NCBI GenBank assembly: GCA_032718475.1
Contig: JAUCBJ010004286.1
Coordinates: forward strand, 1-33,367
Length of the DNA stretch: 33,367 nucleotides
Direction of reading: 5' to 3'
From: Nemertoderma westbladi
Lineage: Eukaryota; Animalia; Xenacoelomorpha
Positions 12,309-20,616 of this stretch are shown in pieces; position 1 is the stretch's first letter, and each line of letters starts with the position of its first letter. The notes under the pieces were generated by a model. It saw only the letters and a program-made list of their open reading frames with translations, was not told where the DNA came from and ran no database searches. A program made the translations under genes and the position numbers.

Positions 12309-13280
12309 AATAACGAACCTGTCGTTAGACTGGGTAGTTCTTGTCAAGAGTTGAGCCGTTCAAAAACACGATGTGGTTATGTGTGTGTATATGTATGTCC
12401 AATATCTCAAAAACTCAAGCAGGTACGCAAAAATTTTTATTGCGACTATTTATCAATTAGTATCTAGTTGTTGAATAAAAAAGTTGGGAACGATTCGATG
12501 TGCGATATGCGAAATGTTAGCATATTATCAACATTATGGAACGCGAAATTAAATACCCACAGCTACACATTGTCAGCTGAACAACATTTCACTATTGTCA
12601 ATTTGAGTTACGTATATTAATTATATCGTTAATTATTGTTCTATCTCTATTCAGTCAGTTAGTGTAATGTTACGCAGTACATCATTTATATATCGTATGT
12701 ATCTATAGGGCCTAATTATCATCGTTATAATACTGTCATCAACTCAGGCTAAGCTCAATTGTAATGTAAAGGCTTAGTAGGTTTTGTATATCTGGGACGT
12801 TTACAACAGCTGCCGATTAAACTATTAAAACCAGAAAACTGAACCAGGGTGGCTGCCAGCCGGGTACCAACGGCTGTTGGGTAGACTTAAGGGAACATTT
12901 CACAAACTTTCATAGGATGCTTGTACATGTACATTATATTGGTTGCTCCGATGTTTTTATTAGGCTAACTGAGAATGTATCAGGTATAAATACTGTAATT
13001 ATAGTGTTCTTTATTTTATTTATCTAATACAGAAAAGACCCCTCCGCAGAATAAACTGCTCTTTTGGGCCGTTTCTCAGGTTGCGTATGGATACCATTTC
13101 ACACATCATCGTAGTAATTGTGATTATGATTTGTTTGCCTCGGCGAATGTGTATTACATTAGATGGGAGGCAGTTTTTTGGTTGATGCAAGTCATTCTTG
13201 GTTTGCATCTTCCAATCCCATCTGTTTCTTGGAGTCCGTGTAAGACAGGTTCGTTTAAAGCCATCTTGATGGCGTTCTAG
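12309..13280 (+). mobile_element. Non-autonomous Helentron-type element (HINE/DINE-1-like)
   Basis: 12-bp subterminal inverted repeats AACGAACCTGTC (12312-12323) and GACAGGTTCGTT (13244-13255); a partial (9/12) inverted copy just after the 5' repeat; a TG/TATG microsatellite at ~12378-12398; 3' hairpin GCCATC-TT-GATGGC (13260-13273) followed by CTAG; T-rich flanks. Confidence 0.78.
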
Positions 13281-13417
13281 TTATTGACCTAATTTAATAA
13301 TCGACCTAATTGTTAATGAAACTTCAATAAACAGGAAAATACTTTATGTAAATCTTATGTATTCTGTAGGGGCATTGAAAATTAAAAAGTTTCATCGTTT
13401 CCCGATAAATTAGTAAT

Positions 13418-15028
13418 ATGTCAGAACTTAAAGGACCAGTTATACTACGTGATAATAATTACCGTGTAAGGAGCTTACAGGAGATATGCATTGCTAATAT
13501 GACCAAATTATTAGCCAATGGGATTGTCACAGCTGAAATAATGCTGATCCAGTGGGATGACCCAGCTGTGTATAACTTATACCGCAAACAAAGCGGTATT
13601 CTCAGTAAATGGTTGGACGATGGACTAGCTCCTAAACTTCGTGTTGATCTGTGGAAGTACGTCATCCATGCTTACGTCATTGCATTCAATCGATTGACGG
13701 ATATCAAGAAACACTCATCGCAACTGGTGGATTTGAGCGACCCAACATTGGCTGACATAATGGAAACATACCATGAGTGCTTTCCTTTCAACTGTTTATC
13801 CGCTAATAATCCTATAGAGATTAAACTCGATTGTTCATTCGAGGAAGAGTTTCCAAAGGATGTTGGCCCAATTATATTAGGTTGGCTTTCTAGAATGGCA
13901 TCTTCTTTAATCAATTTATCTGCTGTCAGCTGGCGGTCACCTGTTCTACAATCTCTGTTTGCAGATGGGGCTGAATATTCCCAACTAACCTCTATCACAA
14001 TTGGCGACATTGATGATTACAATATTGATGACATTGTAAAAAGTTGTCCACATCTGGTAACTCTTCATATAACATATTCCAACATCACGTTTAGTGGACT
14101 TTGTCGCCTAGTATATTTAAAACGATTAACAAGATTAATTATCGACCTTCTGTGTAATTTAACCGTTGACAATATAATTGATTTCCATCTGTTATGTCCT
14201 CGAGTAACAATAATTACACAGAAATCTGTTGAATTAATAAATCAGTTAAGATGTAGACAAGTAAACATTGATATACGCAACAAAATCAGTTTCAAATTTG
14301 TTCATTTTAGTCTATATAACCAACGTTCTAGCAACCCATTATATACCCAACCAAACATACCCATAACCGGGAGTATTAGAGATCTTGTGATTCCTAACTG
14401 CAGAAACACCCTAAAGTGTCTTAAATTATATTGGAAATGGGACAGAGAATTTACGAATCATTTGCATACAGAAAGGAACTTATTCAATCAACTCAAAATA
14501 TTCGGCAATTTAACATCTTTGACTATTGAGGTGGATTCAAACACAGAATTCAATGTTTCGGAACTTATTTCTCAATCAGTTCGAAACAACTCGATTTTAC
14601 CCCAGGTGACTTATTTCGAATATACCGCGAGCGATGGGATACTCTCATTGGCTGATTTTCGGTGTTTATTTCCGAATGTAAGATCGCTGGTTCTGCGAAA
14701 CATAAACATTAAACTGGAATATATACCATCTATCGCATCTGTTGACTCCCTCGATATATCGCATTGCAGATATCGGACTTTAATCAGGATTCTGGAATCA
14801 CTTCCATATTTAACTGAACTCAGAGTTGTGTTGAATTTGGACAGGGAAGTCGACCCCATTGGCGACCCCATGGTCGATATTGAGAAGCTATTCGATTGCG
14901 GACATATGGATGGACTTCTTAGCTTCTCCATTAACACATACAAAATGGATTTCTCTCAAAAATTCGTTGAATTAATTAGAAGAAAATGTTCTAAGTTGCA
15001 CCATTTTTATGTTATTTTTATATTTTAA
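13418..15028 (+). CDS. BC-box / leucine-rich-repeat protein (putative cullin-RING ligase substrate adaptor), 536 aa, single coding exon
   Basis: Long uninterrupted ATG-initiated ORF. N-terminal VRSLQEICIANM fits the BC-box consensus [APST]LxxxCxxx[AILV] apart from its last position; LAPKLRVDL resembles a cullin box; cysteine-containing LRR-like units include SCPHLVTLHITYS, LKRLTRLII, NLTSLTIEV, FPNVRSLVLRN and LPYLTELRV. Possible 5'-UTR splice acceptor TTCTGTAG ends at 13369. Confidence 0.75.
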   Translation: MSELKGPVILRDNNYRVRSLQEICIANMTKLLANGIVTAEIMLIQWDDPAVYNLYRKQSGILSKWLDDGLAPKLRVDLWKYVIHAYVIAFNRLTDIKKHSSQLVDLSDPTLADIMETYHECFPFNCLSANNPIEIKLDCSFEEEFPKDVGPIILGWLSRMASSLINLSAVSWRSPVLQSLFADGAEYSQLTSITIGDIDDYNIDDIVKSCPHLVTLHITYSNITFSGLCRLVYLKRLTRLIIDLLCNLTVDNIIDFHLLCPRVTIITQKSVELINQLRCRQVNIDIRNKISFKFVHFSLYNQRSSNPLYTQPNIPITGSIRDLVIPNCRNTLKCLKLYWKWDREFTNHLHTERNLFNQLKIFGNLTSLTIEVDSNTEFNVSELISQSVRNNSILPQVTYFEYTASDGILSLADFRCLFPNVRSLVLRNINIKLEYIPSIASVDSLDISHCRYRTLIRILESLPYLTELRVVLNLDREVDPIGDPMVDIEKLFDCGHMDGLLSFSINTYKMDFSQKFVELIRRKCSKLHHFYVIFIF

Positions 15029-15630
15029 TAAGCGAACATATTAAGACACGTTCGTGGGATCTTCGCGCAGCACGAGGCACAGTCATACAGTAGGCAGTGC
15101 CGTTCAACTCACCCCCTAGCGGCAGGCATAGGAACTGTAGAACTCGGAGCTTGTTAAGAATTTCTAATTAAGCAATGCTCATAGGTCATTCCTACCAAAT
15201 TCCAGATGAATCTGATGGTTGGTTCTATTACAGCTATACATTTACGTTTCTGTCAATTCTCCCCCTAGCGGCATACATATGAACTGTATAAGTCTGTACT
15301 TGTTTAGAATTTCTAATTCAGCAATGCTCATAGGTCACTCCTACTGTGCCAAATTTCAGATGAATCTGATGGTTGGTTCTAGAAGTAGGACCTACAGCTA
15401 CTTCTACATTTCTGTCAATTCGCCCTCTAGCGAGAGACAGAGGAACTGTAGAAGTCTGTCTGTGTGTATAATTTCTAAACTTGTGACAGACTACATGTGT
15501 ACCACGTTTGGTTTCATTTCATCCATGATTGACAGAGTTATTAACGTTCAAACATTTCCAACGACGACGACGGATGGCTCACTAATTGTACTGCTATGCT
15601 AAGGCTTACCTGAACTCAGTGGCTCGTTTC
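15027..15630 (-). mobile_element. Degenerate non-autonomous Helitron/Helentron-like element with three internal ~150-bp repeats
   Basis: Three diverged units starting CCC(C/T)CTAGCG (~15113, ~15260, ~15423) share GAACTGTA and AATTTCTAA; the first two also share CCAAATT(C/T)CAGATGAATCTGATGGTTGGTTCTA. There is an (ACG)n tract at ~15561-15572 and a hairpin CGAAC..GTTCG at 15033-15054. Family assignment and boundaries are approximate. Confidence 0.55.
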
Positions 15631-16350
15631 AATTTAGCTCATCTTTCATTAGCTCATTTCAAGGCAATGCTTTCACTATACATTGGCAATGGGGCTCCGC
15701 TGCAAGTCAAAAGAAACACTATTTTCTTAAAAATATCCCATTTAGTGTGCACATTTGCGGACAAGGATCGACTATTTCATTAAATACAACATGCAAAGTA
15801 GGCCTACTGTACATATTTATTTGGATTACAATATGTTTCTTATTTTGTAGTGCCCTTTTGTGGAATCTCGATAAATCTATATTTAATTATAATTATACTG
15901 GAATATTTGTTGTTATTATATTATTAATTAGTAAAGTGGCATAACACAAACAGATCAGATTAATCATTTCAAATTTGTGTCTCGTATCCATGGCAACATG
16001 ATTAGTGAGTTTACTTTGTACATTACTCGCGTCGATGGTTGCTCATTGATCAGTTTAGGAATATTTGATCAGAAAAAGTTATATTTTGGAAAATAATTCA
16101 GTTGCTAAGTAAATATTTGCCCGTTTTGAATATTCGGTCACCTAAACTTTTAAGTAATTCGCTATATAACAAAGTGTAACTTATGACAAAATTGGGGAAA
16201 ATTTCATTCTGCCAATCCCTGGTTACTAAGGTACAGTATGTGGCCTTTGTTACGATAGTAACAGGGTACCAATGATATCCAGAGTTGGTTCCCTATCCTA
16301 AGACACTCGCCCATATATATGGACTATATTTGCGAAAGTTTTGGTGCTTA

Positions 16351-16560
16351 AGGCCATGATACACCACAGGAGCGGCGAGCGGCCGTGGCAAGCGGCCACT
16401 TTTTAAAAATAGAACACATTATTTTCTATGGGTGATGATACACCACAAATGGCCGCTGCCGCACGCCGCTCTTATAGTGTATCATACTAAAAGTCGCCGC
16501 TCACATCGGCCGCTCGCCGCGGCCGCTGCCGCTCGCCGCTCCTGTGGTGTATCATGGCCT
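16351..16560. mobile_element. 210-bp MITE, PIF/Harbinger (Tourist-like)
   Basis: Perfect ~33-bp terminal inverted repeats AGGCCATGATACACCACAGGAGCGGCGAGCGGC / GCCGCTCGCCGCTCCTGTGGTGTATCATGGCCT; 3-bp TSD TTA at 16348-16350 and 16561-16563. Confidence 0.9.
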
Positions 16561-17007
16561 TTATACACAAAATACTCAAATCCTCCAAAATATTGTGCCT
16601 TAACGACCCTACTACTGTACAGTAATAAGCCAACTGAAAAGTTTGACCCAAGTAAAATCGGATAGGCCTACTCTTTCTTAATCAATTCTTGTTTACAATT
16701 ATGGTTGATTATGTTCACGCATGTCCTTAGATCGCCATAATGACGATGGGGGTGATGGCTCCCGATATCGAGGATATCCAGCCCGCACCTAACTCAACTA
16801 GAGTTTGCTGGTGACTCAGGAGTACACGACTTAGATTCCCTGAAACAACAGGTCTTGCGGGTCGAAAGTACTTGGTACTAACTAAAATTATGTCCTCTTT
16901 CATATGAGGCAAATAAAATTTGAATAGCTGCAGTAGTTTTGGATATTTTAGACACCTTTCGGGCATGAACAAAACTACTCAAAATGTGACTCCACCTAAA
17001 AAAGCTT

Positions 17008-18194
17008 TGTACGCGCTTTTGAAGACCTTTAGCAGTTTAACCTGCCAAAATTTATATGTCTTTTGGTTTATAAATAGACTTTAGAAGTTGACAAATATTT
17101 AATACCAATAAACACAACATTAGCAGAAGCCAGCCTAGTGCGCGTCCATTCACCCGCTGGATATACCCGGGAGACTGGATTCTGAGGGCTTAGATTATTA
17201 TTGCAGTGTAAGCTTACTGTATTATTCGATTGATCGTTAATAAATAATTTCTGACCAATATTATTCACTTTCGGGAAATATTAACAGTTCATTTAGGACG
17301 TGGCGCTCTATCTAGGTAAACAGAGATATGACTTATACTAATCACAACGGTAAGTCGGTAAGGCTTATGATTCACGTATGAGGCGCATTCTTTAGGAAAT
17401 GCTTAGTTATCAGCCACAATCATGCACACTACCGGTAACACACAATACTGCTCACTAATTTGCCGACCGTCAATGAATTTTATCATATATAAAGAGAACA
17501 GCAATTGACTCATGTAGTGCTTATCAAATAGCATTAAATTCACTACAAACCACAATAATATAAGTCGCAATCGCTATATGTAGCCTGTCTCTCTAACCTG
17601 TAGTGTATCAAGAAAATTGGGAGATTTGGGTTCTTTATAAATGTTCTCCAAATAATATTCAACCAACTGATACAAATATGACAACAGTAAAGCATTAAGA
17701 CGGTAGGTTAAGATATGATATGACAAGTTATGATATGTGATATGTTATGAACTGATAACAGTTATACGCTCTATAATCTTAAGCCTACTAATGTTTCTTC
17801 TAAAGTCTGAAACGAATTGACTCTAGAGCCGGTGTTCCTGGCCTAGATAGAAACAACACAACAGTATCAAGAAAAACAGTAAGACTGAACACTCCTAGCA
17901 CGATCGGCCAAATATCTCCACATCGACAGAAAAAAATCGCTCTGATTGGCTGTTAAGCTAAACAAAGAACCATGTGTCCAATGGCCGTCTCCATGTCAGC
18001 AACCAGCTGTTAGATGTCGTAATCTGAATCATCAAGGCTAAGCTGTGCCAGTGTATTTGACGCATTGCGGGTTTTTTGCCTTACCATGTCCGCCAAAGCA
18101 CACATACAGAAGAATGACTTTTATGTCCATTAAAACACCTATAACGGTACCTTGCGGGCGAGGGGGACTGAGTATATCCGCAAAAGCTTTTACA
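17008..18194 (-). repeat. 3' LTR (1187 bp)
   Basis: Near-identical to 25446-26632; I found six substitutions and no indels by eye. Confidence 0.96.
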
Positions 18195-18202
18195 CCGCTC
18201 CC
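18195..18202 (-). promoter_or_regulatory. Short polypurine tract (GGGAGCGG) preceding the 3' LTR
   Basis: G-rich sense-strand sequence directly adjacent to the TG of the 3' LTR, the expected plus-strand primer position. Confidence 0.55.
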
Positions 18203-18272
18203 AGAAAATGGGATTCAAGTTTATAAATATACAAAAATCACAGTTTCTAATATATGTAAATACTCTAAACAG

Positions 18273-19863
18273 TTAGCCTTTCTTGCGCGGACGGCGTTTA
18301 CGCAGTTTTTTAAAGCTGGCCAGAGTCCTTTTCTCTTTGGGGCGAGCCACCTTACAAGGATGGCTATAACTCCTGGGTGAAGGGTGCAATATAATTGCAT
18401 CAGAGGGTGTAGGATTATGGTCGGTGTATCCGCCCATCGAAGTGCCGGGTTGATTGACATCAACGTCGGGGGAGAGGGGTCTAACGGCCTTTAGAGCGCG
18501 TTTTAGGACAGCCGCTCTTACGGGTCCTTTACGAGTGGTCTGAACGAGAGCCGTGGGTGGACCATAGGCAGTCAGAAACTTCCTGGGTTTAATGGTTCTT
18601 TCCAACTCGCGTTCGCGGGCTCGGTATTCGTAAGGCCGTCGATATACTTCCTGTAACTCGGGGTGTGAGTTAACAAATAAGTCTCCATAGTCCGGATCCT
18701 GACGGATATAATTGATTAAGTTATAGGAATGAAGGTCGCTAGGATTAACACTCCTGAGAAATTTGCGTACGAACTTGGTTGAAATACATTCTCCGACGCG
18801 CTTCAGTAGTTCGTAACTCGATATGCGTGATTTCTGTTCGACAGAAGCGAATAGATAAGGATGGAACGCATAAACTCCTTCGTAAGCGCGTCCAGGATAA
18901 TAGCGATGACGCGAATCACAATGTAAATCAGCGTTCGCTTCCCAAGCTCTGATGTAACGTAGTGTGATCATTTCCTCTACGCTTTCCAAATCGCGATTAA
19001 AAGGGCAATCGAACTGGCGTGTCCCTTTAGTTGACAATGGTGACATTGAGTCATAAATTGAGGGCAAACCGCAAAAATGTGCAAGTTATTGAGTCTGCAA
19101 TACGCGCAATAAATTTCCATCGCCGGTTGTTCGTGGAAATAGGAACAGCGGACGTTTGTGTCCTTCAGTTTGTTGGTTGGGTCTAGGGCATTCGTCACAA
19201 TAACACCAAAGACGTACGTCCTGTAGAGGAAACGCGGGGATCGTTCTCCAGTTTTGCAATATTCTTCCATTTGTTCAAAACTATCCAGGATAACAGGTAG
19301 TGGACGAGCGGCGGTAAGATACATCATAGTGAAATAGAGCCGTTTGAGTTCTACCATAGGGTCATGATGTATACCTTGAGGATATCGAGTCTCTAGGTTC
19401 TGCTGACTGGCGATGTTGAGATAGGTTTCTCTCAAAATTCTAGGTATTCGTTGAAGTCGATGCGTTTATCCGGTTCTTCAACGTTTTCTCTTTCCAGTCT
19501 GTTACGAATAGAATTTTCGTGTTCTATTCTCGGTTTATCGTTACGACTCCGCTGGGTATGATATTTAAATAGAACCATTTCCCTTTCTGTATCTACATCG
19601 TCCGTATCATGTAAATCGATAGGATGGCCGGTAGTTAAGAAGTCCATATACGTACCATTACGATTCGTATAGCGAGCGGTGAATTTTCGATAGTCCAATT
19701 CACGCGCAAGTTGCCCTTGGGACATCGGCGGTTCGATATAACGACCATCGTCCTCCGTAATGGTTGGATCGGCTTCACCGCGTATTAAGCTATCCACAAA
19801 TGCTTGCAAAGGTAGAGTATATCGCTCCCTAATACCAAGATCATCTTCTATCAACTCCGTCAT
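18273..19863 (-). pseudogene. Accessory ORF of the LTR element, ~530 codons, twin CCHC zinc knuckles and basic C-terminus, interrupted by two 1-nt frame slips
   Basis: Track ORFs 19432-19863, 18977-19435 and 18273-19067 overlap, each in the -1 frame of the previous one, and the second and third start only at TTG. CAYCRLNNLHIFAVC is followed by CHHCQLKGH, whose final Cys (..FDC) lies in the next frame. Confidence 0.7.
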
Positions 19864-20616
19864 ATCTGCTATCTGAGTTTATTAATATCGAAATGAGTTT
19901 ATGTTTAGGCGAGCGGACGTCGCTGCCTACCTCTCTTTGCCCCCAGACAGTGGGATTCTCAGCGCCGATGTACCGTCGTCGCGGTGTTTACGCCAACATG
20001 TAGCAACAGCACGACAACGATAACCGGCACAAGTCACTCCACTGTCCGTCCCAAAGGCTTGAATCCACTTTAGGTTCTTTCTATAGGAGAGTTGGGCTAC
20101 TTTCACAATTGCGACTAGCTACTGTAAACATACTTTAGCAGTAACATTCACCTATAAACGCACAAATTCCACACAACTGTCACCAATTGTACACATACAG
20201 GCCAATTTGTCCGTTAGTCAGTGCCTTCCAGAATGTCACATTATTACTGTGTATCCTTGGATACTAACAGTGTGCTATGTATTCTCTATGCTATGCAATG
20301 GGACAAGCTTTCTATTGTTCTTTTAACTTGCTTCTAATTCTAGCGTGGGTGTTGCTATGGTGACATTATGGAAAGCTAGCGGTAGAATTAGGGTAATTCT
20401 CATGCATACAGATCTGGAATGCTATTTAATAGTAATTCTTTAATTGTCAATATCCTCTTTATACATGATTTTATTAATTTTTATCGGCTATTGACTATAT
20501 GTTGGAGATTCTCGCACTCTAATACACTCAATAGGATGAATCTCCGCTCCCATACATAAGATTTTGCTGTGTCTTTCACGTTGTCCTCCTCTTGAGAAGC
20601 TTGGCTTTCGCTGTCG

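Noticed and set aside
17001-17007. Similarity of the target site (AAAGCTT) to the LTR terminus (AAAAGCTTTTACA) as evidence of homology-directed or site-specific integration
   Set aside because: The match is short and AT-rich, and a clean 5-bp TSD indicates normal integrase action; one site cannot show specificity.
18273-19863. Accessory ORF as an env gene, or as a product of programmed -1 frameshifting
   Set aside because: There is no signal peptide or transmembrane anchor. Junction 1 lacks an X XXY YYZ heptamer, and slippage at A AAG GGA near junction 2 would remove the knuckle His. Single-base deletions (mutation or assembly error) fit better.
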